Shown: positions 40,209-49,794 of the stretch, piece by piece
Layout of the letters: each line of letters starts with the position of its first letter
How positions within the stretch are numbered: position 1 is the stretch's first letter
DNA from: Ruminococcus sp.
GTDB lineage: Bacteria; Bacillota; Clostridia; Oscillospirales; Ruminococcaceae
Reading direction: 5' to 3'
Length of the DNA: 64,000 nucleotides
NCBI GenBank assembly: GCA_017526445.1
Contig: JAFXRI010000024.1
Span: 11 to 64,010, forward strand
Notes under the pieces: generated by a model
What the model saw: only the letters and a program-made list of their open reading frames with translations
Databases searched by the model: none
What the model was told of the DNA's origin: nothing
Position numbers and translations under genes: made by a program

Positions 40209-40473
40209 ACTTGTCACTCCTTACAATATTTCAAAACAACAGTTTTGGATATTATCAATATAACACCTTAAAGCGCCCTTTGTCAACGTTAAATCCTACA
40301 AACTTTTTAAATGGCCCGGGAGCATTATAGGCATTTTACACACAAAAAAGCATACATTATTGTACAACACTGACATACAGCATTATAAGGCTCTGTATCA
40401 GGCGCAGATGCGGCAGCATAGTATGAATTGTCACACTAAAAACAGTGACAGAGAATACAACAGGAGGATATAT

Positions 40474-40719
40474 ATGGACAATACAGATACAAGTCTGCTG
40501 GGCAGGCTTCTGGCATCCGACGGCGAGAGCACGGCCGGTGCGGTGATATGTGAAACTCCGAGGGCTGTTCTGCCGGGGGAGATGCCTTACGCTATGGCAT
40601 ACGTACCCTACCAGCAATGGACGAAGGTATATGACAGCGAGGCAGGGCTGGAGCGGGGGACGGTATTCCCCTGTCTTGACAAGCCCTTCATCGGGGAGGA
40701 GGCAGTAAAGAATGTCTGA
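40474..40719 (+). CDS. cotJA: Spore coat protein CotJA
   Basis: AMAYVPYQQW..GLERGTVFPCLDKPF. Confidence 0.88.
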   Translation: MDNTDTSLLGRLLASDGESTAGAVICETPRAVLPGEMPYAMAYVPYQQWTKVYDSEAGLERGTVFPCLDKPFIGEEAVKNV

Positions 40720-40984
40720 CGGGAAAATGAAGCTATTGAAAAAGATACAGGCGGAGTCCTTTGCAGTAGTTGAAGCGAACCTTTATCTTGACACTCATCC
40801 GACCTGCAAAGACGGGCTGGAATACTTCCGCAGGCACAAGGAGCTGTGCGAAAAACTGAAAAAGGAATACGAAGAGAAATACGGTCCGCTTACGGCAGCA
40901 GCCTCTGAGAGTACCAAGAAATGGGAATGGGTGACGGAGCCTTTTCCCTGGGAGCTTGATGCAAACAAAGGAGGGAACAACTGA
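40712..40984 (+). CDS. cotJB: Spore coat protein CotJB
   Basis: LYLDTHP, YGPL, W.W...PFPWE. Confidence 0.9.
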   Translation: MSDGKMKLLKKIQAESFAVVEANLYLDTHPTCKDGLEYFRRHKELCEKLKKEYEEKYGPLTAAASESTKKWEWVTEPFPWELDANKGGNN

Positions 40985-41580
40985 TGTGGCAATACGAGAA
41001 GAAATTACAGTACCCGGTAAAGATAGCGAACCCTAATCCTACGCTGGCAAAGGTCATTATCTCACAGCTTGGCGGTCCTGACGGTGAACTGGGTGCTTCG
41101 ATGAGATATCTCAATCAGCGTTACTCAGCGCCATGCCGTGAGGTACAGGCCATTCTTTCAGACATCGGTACTGAAGAACTGGCGCATATGGAGATGATCT
41201 CGGCGATCCTTTATCAGCTGACGCGGGATCTTTCGGTGAAGGAGATCAAAGAGGCGGGCTTTGACGCATACTTTGTGGACCACACCACCGGGATATATCC
41301 TCAGGCGGCTTCGGGAGTTCCCTTCACTGCGGCATACTTCCAGTCAAAGGGAGATCCTATCACTGATCTGCACGAGGATCTGGCAGCGGAGCAGAAGGCA
41401 AGGACCACCTATGACAATCTGCTGCGGCTGATAGACGATCCGGATGTACGCGATCCGATAAAGTTCCTGCGTGAGAGGGAGATAGTCCACTACCAGCGTT
41501 TCGGAGAGGGACTGGCGATGGTTCAGGAAATGCTGGACTCGAAGAACTTCTATGCTTTCAATCCTTCATTTGACAAGTAA
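40984..41580 (+). CDS. cotJC: Spore coat Mn-catalase-like protein CotJC
   Basis: MWQYEKKLQYPV, GGPDGE, TEELAH, REIVH. Confidence 0.93.
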   Translation: MWQYEKKLQYPVKIANPNPTLAKVIISQLGGPDGELGASMRYLNQRYSAPCREVQAILSDIGTEELAHMEMISAILYQLTRDLSVKEIKEAGFDAYFVDHTTGIYPQAASGVPFTAAYFQSKGDPITDLHEDLAAEQKARTTYDNLLRLIDDPDVRDPIKFLREREIVHYQRFGEGLAMVQEMLDSKNFYAFNPSFDK

Positions 41581-41824
41581 GTACTGACCGTCCGTATAAT
41601 AAAGGGACGGATCGCAGTTTGTGCGGTGCGCAGGATGCGGGTATTACCCACATCCTGCTTTGCCATGTAAGCTGTTTATAGGGATGCATCATCGCATATA
41701 TGACTACTGCCGTGAGCGATACATATATATTGTGATTTAATCATTGACAAAACAGCAGGTCTTGTGTTATAATAAAGTTTGGTATGTTCGGCATTATATA
41801 AATAGGTACGAAAGGACGTTTCTG

Positions 41825-43819
41825 ATGCCCAAGAAAAAGGATTACGATAACGAATCTATGAAGCTCCTCAAAGACGAGGAGCGTGTAAGACTGAGACCTG
41901 CCGTTATCTTCGGCTCCGACGGTCTCGACGGATGCAAGCACGCTGTTTTCGAGATACTCTCCAACTCCATTGACGAGGCGAGAGAAGGATACGGTGACAA
42001 GATCGTTGTCACCAGATACAGCGATCTCTCGATCGAGGTGGAGGATTACGGACGCGGCTGCCCGGTAGATTACAACAAGATCGAAAAGCGCTACAACTGG
42101 GAGATAGTTTACTGCGAGCTGTACGGCGGAAGCAAGTATGACAACAACTCCGGCGAAAACTATGAATACTCTCTCGGCCTTAACGGTCTCGGTGCCTGTG
42201 CGACGCAGTATGCATCCGAGTATATGGACGTGGAGGTCTGCCGCGACAAGCAGATCTACCGTCTGCACTTCGAGAAAGGCAAGAACGTGGGAGGACTCCA
42301 CTCCGAGCCCACTCCACGCAAGCGCACCGGTACCCGCACCCGCTGGAAGCCGGATCTTGAGGTGTTCACCGACATTGACATAGAGCCGGAGTATTACCAC
42401 GATATGCTCAAAAAGCAGGCCGTGGTAAACCCCAATGTGCAGTTCGTTTTCCGCGAGCAGCAGCCCGGAGGAGCCTTCAAAGAGACAGTTTACTGCTACG
42501 AGAACGGCATCGCTGACTATGTGGCAGAGCTTGTGGGCGAGGATGCCCTGACTTCCATCCAGTTCGTTCAGGGAGACCGCAAGGGACGCGACCGCGAGGA
42601 CAAGGACGAATACAAGGTAAAGCTGGGCGTGGCATTCACCTTCTCCAATAAGATGAAGCTGCAGGAATACTTTCACAACTCCAGCTTTCTGGAGCACGGC
42701 GGCTCCCCGCAGGAGGCTGTCAAGGCGGCGTTCCAGTCCCAGATAAACGCCTACCTCAAAAACAACAACAAGTATCTTAAAAACGAAAAGGCTATATCCT
42801 TTGTGGATGTGGACGAAAGCCTTGTGCTGGTGTCCAGCTCCTTCTCGACGCAGACCTCCTACGCCAATCAGACCAAGAAGGCTATCACCAACAAGTTCAT
42901 AAAGGAATGTATGACCGAGTTCTTAAAGCATCAGCTTGAGGTCTATTTCATCGAGAACCCGGACGAGGCAGTAAAGATCGCCGAGCAGGTACTGATAAAC
43001 AAGCGCAGCCGCGAGCACGCCGAGAAGTCCCGTCTTAACATCGCCAAGAAGCTGACCGGGACCATTGATCTTTCCAATCAGGTGCAGAAGTTCGTTGACT
43101 GCCGCTCCAAGGATCTCTCCAAGAGGGAGCTCTACATCGTGGAGGGCGACTCGGCCCTGGGTTCCGTCAAGATGGCAAGGGACTCGGAGTTCCAGGCCGT
43201 TATGCCGGTAAGAGGAAAGATACTCAACTGTCTGAAGGCTGACTACGACCGCATTTTCAAGAGCGAGATAATCACAGACCTTGTTAAGGTGCTGGGATGC
43301 GGTGTTGAGGTAAAGAGCAAAGCAAACAAGGATCTGTCACTGTTCAATCTGGAGAACCTGAAATGGAACAAGATCATAATCTGCACCGATGCAGACTATG
43401 ACGGTTTCCAGATCAGGACACTGATACTGACGATGATCTACCGTCTGTGCCCGACGCTTATCGAGCAGGGCTATGTGTTCATTGCAGAGTCACCCCTTTA
43501 TGAGATCACCGTGAAGGAAAAGAAGGGCGAGAAGAAATACTTCGCCTATGACGAGACGGAAAAGGCTGATATACTGAAGCAGATCGACGGGAAGAAGTAC
43601 ATCCTCCAGCGCTCGAAAGGTCTCGGTGAGAACGAGGCGGATATGATGGCTCTGACTACGATGAACCCGGACACCCGAAGGCTCATCAAAGTCAACCCCG
43701 ACAACGTGGAGGACACGGCTTATATGTTCGATATGCTGCTCGGAGATGATCTCCAGGGCAGAAAGGATTTCATCAGCAAATACGGACACGACTATATTGA
43801 AATGGCTGACATCAGCTGA
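41825..43819 (+). CDS. Type IIA topoisomerase subunit B (ParE/GyrB-like)
   Basis: ENSIDE-type EILSNSIDE, D.GRG.P, VEGDSA, PVRGK, DADYDG, KGLGE; TTGACA-18-TATAAT promoter at 41744-41773. Confidence 0.92.
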   Translation: MPKKKDYDNESMKLLKDEERVRLRPAVIFGSDGLDGCKHAVFEILSNSIDEAREGYGDKIVVTRYSDLSIEVEDYGRGCPVDYNKIEKRYNWEIVYCELYGGSKYDNNSGENYEYSLGLNGLGACATQYASEYMDVEVCRDKQIYRLHFEKGKNVGGLHSEPTPRKRTGTRTRWKPDLEVFTDIDIEPEYYHDMLKKQAVVNPNVQFVFREQQPGGAFKETVYCYENGIADYVAELVGEDALTSIQFVQGDRKGRDREDKDEYKVKLGVAFTFSNKMKLQEYFHNSSFLEHGGSPQEAVKAAFQSQINAYLKNNNKYLKNEKAISFVDVDESLVLVSSSFSTQTSYANQTKKAITNKFIKECMTEFLKHQLEVYFIENPDEAVKIAEQVLINKRSREHAEKSRLNIAKKLTGTIDLSNQVQKFVDCRSKDLSKRELYIVEGDSALGSVKMARDSEFQAVMPVRGKILNCLKADYDRIFKSEIITDLVKVLGCGVEVKSKANKDLSLFNLENLKWNKIIICTDADYDGFQIRTLILTMIYRLCPTLIEQGYVFIAESPLYEITVKEKKGEKKYFAYDETEKADILKQIDGKKYILQRSKGLGENEADMMALTTMNPDTRRLIKVNPDNVEDTAYMFDMLLGDDLQGRKDFISKYGHDYIEMADIS

Positions 43820-43862
43820 TATACAGTACAAACGACTATCAAAACGAATGAGGTAGAATGAT

Positions 43863-46109
43863 TTGGCTAAGAAGAAAAAAGATGAGACAAGACCTAAGCT
43901 CACTCCCGAGCAGGCGAACGCCTATATCGCAGGTGCAGGACAGGTGGTTGAGGAACCTATCACGCTGACTCTCGAAAAAAACTATATGCCCTACGCTATG
44001 AGCGTTATAGTATCGCGGGCGTTCCCGGAGATCGACGGATTCAAGCCCTCGCACAGAAAGCTGCTTTATACAATGTATAAAATGGGACTGCTCACCGGCG
44101 GACTCACCAAGAGCGCAAATATCGTCGGTCAGACTATGAGGCTCAATCCTCACGGCGACGCAGCCATCTATGAGACTATGGTACGTCTTGCAAAGGGAAA
44201 CGAGACACTGCTGCACCCCTATGTTATGTCTAAGGGGAACTTCGGAAAGGCCTATTCGAGAGACATGGCTTACGCTGCCTCGAGATACACCGAGGCAAAG
44301 CTGGACCCGATATGCAACGAGCTGTTCCGTGACATCGACAAGGACACCGTGGACTTCGTACCCAACTATGACAACACGATGCAGGAACCCACGCTGTTCC
44401 CTGCCACTTTCCCGACCATACTCGTAAATGCAAACGTGGGCATCGGTGTATCCATGGCTTCGTCGGTGTGCTCCTTCAACCTTGCGGAGGTATGCGAAAC
44501 GACGATAGCTTTGATGAAAAATCCGGAGCACAATGCTCTTGAGACTCTCAAAGGACCGGACTTCCCCGGAGGGGCTTCCCTGCTCTATGACGAGGAGGAG
44601 CTTGACAGGATCTACCGCACAGGACGCGGCTCGGTAAAGCTCAGGGCGAAGTATCAGTTCGACAAGGATACAAAGACTATTGAGATAATCGAGATACCGG
44701 CGACCACGACCATTGAGGCGATAAAGGAAAAGATCATAGCCCTCGTAAAGGCAGGAAAGATCAAAGAGATCTCCGACGTGCGCGATGAGAGTGATCTGAA
44801 CGGTCTGAAAATAGGCATCGACATCAAGAAGGGCGTTGATCCCGACAAGCTGATGCAGAAGCTGTACAGGCTGACTCCCCTGCAGGATTCCTATGCCTGC
44901 AACTTCAATATACTCGTTCACGGCTATCCCAGGGTAATGGGAGTATATGACATAATCCGCGAGTGGGTGGCCTTCCGTATGGACTGCGTGAAGCGCCGCA
45001 TCACCTTCGATCTCAATAAGAAGCAGGAAAAGCTGCATCTGCTCAAAGCTCTCGGAAAGATACTTCTTGACATCGACAAGGCGATCAGGATCATCCGCGA
45101 GACCGAGGAGGAAGCTGAGGTCATCCCCAACCTGATGATAGGCTTCTCCATAGACGAGGTTCAGGCTGAGTACATTGCTGAGATCAAGCTGCGTCACCTC
45201 AACCGCGAGTACATTATGAAGCGCCTCGACGAAACAAAGTCGCTCGAACAGGAGATCGCCGAGCTGAAGGACATCCTCGCCAGCGACAGGAAGATCAAAA
45301 ACGTTATGATCGCCGAGCTGAAAGAAGTGATCAAGAAATACGGTCAGCCGAGAAGGACTCAGTTCTTCTACAAGAACGAGATCGAGGAGGTCGAGGAGGA
45401 TGACGAGACTCCCGACTATGCCTGCACCGCGTTCCTGTCGCGGAGCGGATACTTCAAGAAGATAACTCCCCAGTCGCTGAGAATGGCCAGCGAGCAGAAA
45501 TACAAGGAGGGCGACTGTCCTTCTCAGGAGATAGAGATCACCAACAAGACCGAGATACTGTTCTTCACCGACAAAGCACAGGTCTATAAGTCGAGGGCTT
45601 CCGCCTTTGAGGATACGAAAGCATCGGCGCTGGGCGATTTCATACCCGCAAAGCTCGGCTTTGACGAAGGCGAGAACGTGACCTCGATGGTAGTTACTGC
45701 CGATTATGAGGGATACCTGATCTTCGTATTTGAAAACGGCAAGGCAGCCAAGGTACCGCTGAACGCCTATGAGACCAAGCAGAACCGCAAGAAGCTTAAT
45801 AACGCTTACTCATCCAAGTCGAAGCTCGTGGCGGTGTTCCACATCGGAACGAATGAAGAGATAATGCTCCGCTCGTCAAACGGGCGGGCGATGATCTTTG
45901 ACACGGCTCTCCTGCTGCCCAAGACGACGAGAGACACTCAGGGCGTGCAGGTGATGACGCTCAAAGCCAAAGGCTCACAGGTGGACAAGGCATTCATTCT
46001 GACTCCCGAGCAAGCTGACGGTCTGGCGAAATACCGCAGCAAGACCATCCCCGTAGCCGGGAGCTTTGCCAAGGACATCCCAGATCCCGATCAGATGACG
46101 ATACTGTAA
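43863..46109 (+). CDS. Type IIA topoisomerase subunit A (ParC-like)
   Basis: DGFKP, PHGD, AASRYTE active site; no recognisable GyrA-box QxRGGxG. Confidence 0.9.
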   Translation: MAKKKKDETRPKLTPEQANAYIAGAGQVVEEPITLTLEKNYMPYAMSVIVSRAFPEIDGFKPSHRKLLYTMYKMGLLTGGLTKSANIVGQTMRLNPHGDAAIYETMVRLAKGNETLLHPYVMSKGNFGKAYSRDMAYAASRYTEAKLDPICNELFRDIDKDTVDFVPNYDNTMQEPTLFPATFPTILVNANVGIGVSMASSVCSFNLAEVCETTIALMKNPEHNALETLKGPDFPGGASLLYDEEELDRIYRTGRGSVKLRAKYQFDKDTKTIEIIEIPATTTIEAIKEKIIALVKAGKIKEISDVRDESDLNGLKIGIDIKKGVDPDKLMQKLYRLTPLQDSYACNFNILVHGYPRVMGVYDIIREWVAFRMDCVKRRITFDLNKKQEKLHLLKALGKILLDIDKAIRIIRETEEEAEVIPNLMIGFSIDEVQAEYIAEIKLRHLNREYIMKRLDETKSLEQEIAELKDILASDRKIKNVMIAELKEVIKKYGQPRRTQFFYKNEIEEVEEDDETPDYACTAFLSRSGYFKKITPQSLRMASEQKYKEGDCPSQEIEITNKTEILFFTDKAQVYKSRASAFEDTKASALGDFIPAKLGFDEGENVTSMVVTADYEGYLIFVFENGKAAKVPLNAYETKQNRKKLNNAYSSKSKLVAVFHIGTNEEIMLRSSNGRAMIFDTALLLPKTTRDTQGVQVMTLKAKGSQVDKAFILTPEQADGLAKYRSKTIPVAGSFAKDIPDPDQMTIL

Positions 46110-46185
46110 ACCAAAAGCCCGGTCGGCGTCCTCATACGCAGATCGGGCGATTTTCTGTCCTGTGAAAAAAAGTTCGGTTTACCCC

Positions 46186-46214
46186 TTGACAAACTGTTCG
46201 GTTTTTGGTATAAT
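46186..46214 (+). promoter_or_regulatory. SigA promoter of tRNA-Ala
   Basis: TTGACA-17-TATAAT. Confidence 0.85.
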
Positions 46215-46233
46215 ATATAGGTACTTGATGTGC

Positions 46234-46309
46234 GGGGTATTAGCGCAGCTGGGAGCGCACCACACTGGCAGTGTGGGGGTCAGGGGTTCAAGTCCCCTAT
46301 ACTCCACCA
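46234..46309 (+). tRNA. tRNA-Ala (anticodon GGC)
   Basis: 76-nt cloverleaf GGGGTAT...ATACTCC-A-CCA, anticodon loop CTGGCAG, GGTTCAA T-arm, G3:U70 pair. Confidence 0.96.
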
Positions 46310-46397
46310 AATCACAAACCGCGTAGATGCGTAAACCGCGCAAATACGCGGTTTGCTTTTATCCTCAAATTTGATAAATTATCTGTATTTCAATAAA

Positions 46398-46440
46398 ATA
46401 TGACACGTTTCAATATATATATGACACGAAATATGACACG
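46398..46440. repeat. Three ATATGACACG direct repeats (probable integrase arm sites)
   Basis: Exact 10-mers at 46398, 46419 and 46431. Confidence 0.7.
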
Positions 46441-46556
46441 AAAACGCCTGAGATCATTTCCCAGGCGTTTATTGTTCTTATGAAATCCTCATTGTTTGCG
46501 CAAGCTCTCTTTTTCGTATGATTGCACAAAACAAAGGCCATTTTTTTGTGCAAAAA

Positions 46557-46587
46557 AATAAAAGCCCCGAAAAAGGGCTTTTATTTC
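46557..46587 (-). terminator. Terminator at the end of the phage late operon
   Basis: AAATAAAAGCCC/GGGCTTTTATTT stem. Confidence 0.7.
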
Positions 46588-46621
46588 CTGCTTCGCCTAT
46601 TTCAGCTCCCCGAACAGCATC

Positions 46622-47329
46622 TCATTCTCCTAAAGCAATTACACCTGAAAAAGCATATTTATCAGATGCTCCAAGCTGCACGATCTTTCCTGAGATAACA
46701 AAGTCGCCTACATACGGAGACATCAGCGCCATATAGATTCCAGGTATCACACTTCCTGCCGATGTTGCAACAGGGAGAATTGACATTATAGCTGAATTGT
46801 ATATCCCTCCAAAAACAATCGGCCCTGACGCAGATTGTGATGTGTATTTATAAGGTGTAATATCATATGCCTGTGTGGTATTCTCAATATCCCAAACTTC
46901 TATACTTCTAAGACCGGAATTGCCTATTGATGTTGATACATTTGCTATCGTGATAACACAAGTATCTCCGTCGGTGTTTTTGCAAATGAACACCGAGCCT
47001 GTTGACATACAGGCAAGAAAAATGCCCTTTGAAGTCTTATATGCTGTTTTGATATTCCCAGTTGAAACACCCGAAATATTCCAGAAACATCTTGTCACAG
47101 CAGTTTCCGACCCGACAGGGATGATAGATATATCTGTTCTGTATATCCTGCTCGAACCACTTCCCGAGATGTTGTATGATATGGAAAGCACAACCTGTTC
47201 GCCGATCTTGCATTCGATCGTACTGCCGTTCATCGCTATTTCGTCAAAGTAGTCAGCAGCATTGTCAATGAGCCAAGCCCCGACTTCGTTGATAGTGTAA
47301 TTGCTGAATACCGTTTTTTCTATCGCCAT
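46622..47329 (-). CDS. Phage hypothetical protein (beta-rich, AT-richer)
   Basis: 235-aa ORF with GGAGG RBS, last gene of the operon. Confidence 0.75.
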   Translation of the reverse strand: MAIEKTVFSNYTINEVGAWLIDNAADYFDEIAMNGSTIECKIGEQVVLSISYNISGSGSSRIYRTDISIIPVGSETAVTRCFWNISGVSTGNIKTAYKTSKGIFLACMSTGSVFICKNTDGDTCVITIANVSTSIGNSGLRSIEVWDIENTTQAYDITPYKYTSQSASGPIVFGGIYNSAIMSILPVATSAGSVIPGIYMALMSPYVGDFVISGKIVQLGASDKYAFSGVIALGE

Positions 47330-47332
47330 TGC

Positions 47333-47479
47333 TTATTCCTCCTCAAGTTCCTCAAGTTCTGTGACCGTTCCTGCTGTTCCTGCACATCCGGCTTGCAGGA
47401 TGACTGTTTCTCCGATCAGATTCTTCTCGACCATCCCCACGATACCGAAGAAAATATCATTTCCGTTGATTGTCGCCAT
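47333..47479 (-). CDS. Small phage protein (48 aa, not in the ORF track)
   Basis: MATINGNDIFFGIVG...ELEEE, AAGGAGG RBS, fills the gap exactly. Confidence 0.7.
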   Translation of the reverse strand: MATINGNDIFFGIVGMVEKNLIGETVILQAGCAGTAGTVTELEELEEE

Positions 47480-47492
47480 AGTCTATACCTCC

Positions 47493-48455
47493 TTAGTCTA
47501 TAAGAAACTCACAGTCAAGCTGCACCCAATGGGAACCCGTGACCGTGTCTCCTGAGTAGGTTTTAAAATAGTTGATATTAATGGTCCCCGCAGCAGTTAT
47601 GTAAAGACGTGCCTGTCTGTCGCCCTCTCCGGGGACAAGCCTGTAAGTGCTCTTTGCAGGCGTGAACCCCGCGGGAAGATTTGCAAAAACTGTTGTGATC
47701 TCCGTTACTGCATCCATATCAACAATGATCTGACCTCTGACATATACCTTTGTACCGATGCGTCTGTATTTGGGGACGGGCGAACCTGCCGAGAAGCCCG
47801 CTCCGGATATTTCAAGATCAAACCAGCCCGCCTCATTCGATAAGCATACCCACCCGGAGAGCGATATGCCGTCCGGGGAGTAAAAAGCTGTGCAGTAATA
47901 CCGCTTATACCCACATACAAACTCGAACACGCCCGTTTTATCATCTGTGACCGTCAGCGTTACAACTGCAGCCTGAGAACTTCTGGGGTCGTTTACGACA
48001 ACAGCCGGATATATGTCAGTATTGCTTGTACTCTCGATACGGTAGACCTTGATCCCGCTTCCGCCGTAGGTACTGAATATCTCCTGAAGGGGAATCGTAC
48101 TGTCGAGGGTGCCGAGATCTTTTATCCGCCCATCCATTTCCGCTGCAGCCTGCTGTAATGCTGCGATCGCTGCAAGCACGTCTTCGGCACTGGTGTCGTC
48201 GGTTTTGATGTACAGAACGTTCGGCAGAGGCTCGAGGATATTATTATATTCTTCGGTCGTACCCAGCCAGATCCGAAAACCTACACCGTGATTGATCTCG
48301 TTCAGGGTAGTAATAGATCCTACAGTCACATCGGATATTACGCCGGACTCGATGATCTGATAAAGCATTGTTGAGATCTGCTCGATCGTAACGCCTCTGG
48401 CTTCCATTTCCTGCAAAGCAGCCTTTCTGCTCATTAAGATATCGATTATATCCAT
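47493..48455 (-). CDS. Tail fibre / receptor-binding-like protein
   Basis: WLGTTEEY..NVLYI motif; C-terminal YRRIG..VYVRG..LPAGFTP typical of siphophage fibre ends. Confidence 0.6.
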   Translation of the reverse strand: MDIIDILMSRKAALQEMEARGVTIEQISTMLYQIIESGVISDVTVGSITTLNEINHGVGFRIWLGTTEEYNNILEPLPNVLYIKTDDTSAEDVLAAIAALQQAAAEMDGRIKDLGTLDSTIPLQEIFSTYGGSGIKVYRIESTSNTDIYPAVVVNDPRSSQAAVVTLTVTDDKTGVFEFVCGYKRYYCTAFYSPDGISLSGWVCLSNEAGWFDLEISGAGFSAGSPVPKYRRIGTKVYVRGQIIVDMDAVTEITTVFANLPAGFTPAKSTYRLVPGEGDRQARLYITAAGTININYFKTYSGDTVTGSHWVQLDCEFLID

Positions 48456-48680
48456 TTACTCCTCACCTCCCCACTCGTGCCACTCGTTGTCGAATCCCAG
48501 CAGGAACACCCTGCCCTCGTCGGGGATCAATGCCGCCGAACCCGGAACCATGATACGCCCGCTGAGGCCGTCATATGCCGGCAGGCTGGACACGTTCGAT
48601 ACAAAAAGCGTTGCCTCGACTGTCCTGACACCATTAGGGGCATCAAGAGATATGGTCTTTTCCTCGCTGATCCTTACCAT
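48456..48680 (-). CDS. Small phage protein
   Basis: 74 aa, AAGGAGG RBS, abuts the next gene. Confidence 0.7.
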   Translation of the reverse strand: MVRISEEKTISLDAPNGVRTVEATLFVSNVSSLPAYDGLSGRIMVPGSAALIPDEGRVFLLGFDNEWHEWGGEE

Positions 48681-48693
48681 AATTTCGCCTCCT

Positions 48694-49392
48694 TTACTTC
48701 AATGCCTCATAAAGCCTGCGGACGAAGTTCTCGCCTGCACAGCCTGTTTCCTTATATCCCCAGCGCCTTTGCAGGGCTGACACTGCCTTTACTGCGCTGT
48801 CGTCATACACCTTGCTGTCGCTCACGGTGAAATTGTGGAGCTTTATGATCTTTGCGAGCTTGAGCATAGACTTCACGGCGAGAGAACCGACGGTCTTGTC
48901 GCCCTTTTTATAGCAGCTGCCCTTGTCAAGTACAGGCAGGTCGCCGAGGACCTTACTCTGATCCTTTGCCCGAAGGACTCCGAGCACAGGATTACAGCCG
49001 TCCACGCCGTAGCTGTAAGCGAAGTGATGCTCTACACGCTGTGTTGGTTCGTGCTTGCCCAGGGTGTTCTGCTCTATCGAGCTGAACCAATCCTTGTTTC
49101 CTGAGCCGTCTGCAATGGCAACGTGCCCCCAGGTCCCGCCGCCCCAGATGACAATGTCTCCCTTCTGGCAGACAAGCTCTCTGCTGTTGGGTATGCGGTC
49201 AAAGCTTTTCACAAGTGCAGGATAGCTCGCAAAGTTGTTATAAAAATCTCTTGCCCCCTGCACCCATACGCCGGTGATCCCGAAAACGTCTTTCAGATAC
49301 TGATCGGCGAGATCCACGCACTGCACGCCCGCTGTACCGTCGTAGTCCACGGCTTTCCCGAGATACTTTTTCTCGAATTCGTTGTAGGTCAT
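48694..49392 (-). CDS. Endolysin, CHAP domain + putative cell-wall binding domain
   Basis: QCVDL, GHVAI, EQN; follows holin. Confidence 0.88.
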   Translation of the reverse strand: MTYNEFEKKYLGKAVDYDGTAGVQCVDLADQYLKDVFGITGVWVQGARDFYNNFASYPALVKSFDRIPNSRELVCQKGDIVIWGGGTWGHVAIADGSGNKDWFSSIEQNTLGKHEPTQRVEHHFAYSYGVDGCNPVLGVLRAKDQSKVLGDLPVLDKGSCYKKGDKTVGSLAVKSMLKLAKIIKLHNFTVSDSKVYDDSAVKAVSALQRRWGYKETGCAGENFVRRLYEALK

Positions 49393-49781
49393 TTTTCATC
49401 CTCCTTGTCTTTATTATCGCCTATAAGGCGGAAACGCTTGATAAGCTTCCCGATCCACCGAGCATCGGGGAATATTTCGGAGAGGTTCTCCAGCACCGAG
49501 ACGATCTCCATTACTATTATGTAAATGAACACCCCGAATGCGGTCACCGCGCCTGAGATCTCTGTCAGCTGAGGGCTTTCATAGTATCTCCCGAGTTGTT
49601 CGAGACCGATGTTCAGGCCTATGGCTGATCCCATAATGAAAACTTCACAGACCTTATTGAGGCCGCCTATGCGCATTTTTTTGCTGTTTACTGTGCTTGT
49701 GCCGTAGGCTTTTATGTAGCCTGTTACAAAATCGGTAAGCGCAGCACCTACCACGATAAGCAGCATAATGATATACTTCAT
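49389..49781 (-). CDS. Holin
   Basis: DFVTG..KA..NS..MR.G..K, E..SVLEN pattern with TM segments; start re-set to MKYII. Confidence 0.85.
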   Translation of the reverse strand: MKYIIMLLIVVGAALTDFVTGYIKAYGTSTVNSKKMRIGGLNKVCEVFIMGSAIGLNIGLEQLGRYYESPQLTEISGAVTAFGVFIYIIVMEIVSVLENLSEIFPDARWIGKLIKRFRLIGDNKDKEDEK

Positions 49782-49794
49782 GCTCTCACCCCCT

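Noticed and set aside
43839-45197. 452-aa minus-strand ORF (and 41741-42697)
   Set aside because: Antisense shadows of the topoisomerase genes.
41825-46109. Calling the pair gyrB/gyrA or a phage-borne topoisomerase
   Set aside because: No GyrA-box, not in a dnaA-recF context, and lies on the host side of the tRNA; best left as Topo IV-like.
46398-46440. CRISPR array or iteron origin
   Set aside because: Repeats are only 10 bp with 2-11 bp gaps; no cas or rep gene; position fits att arm sites.
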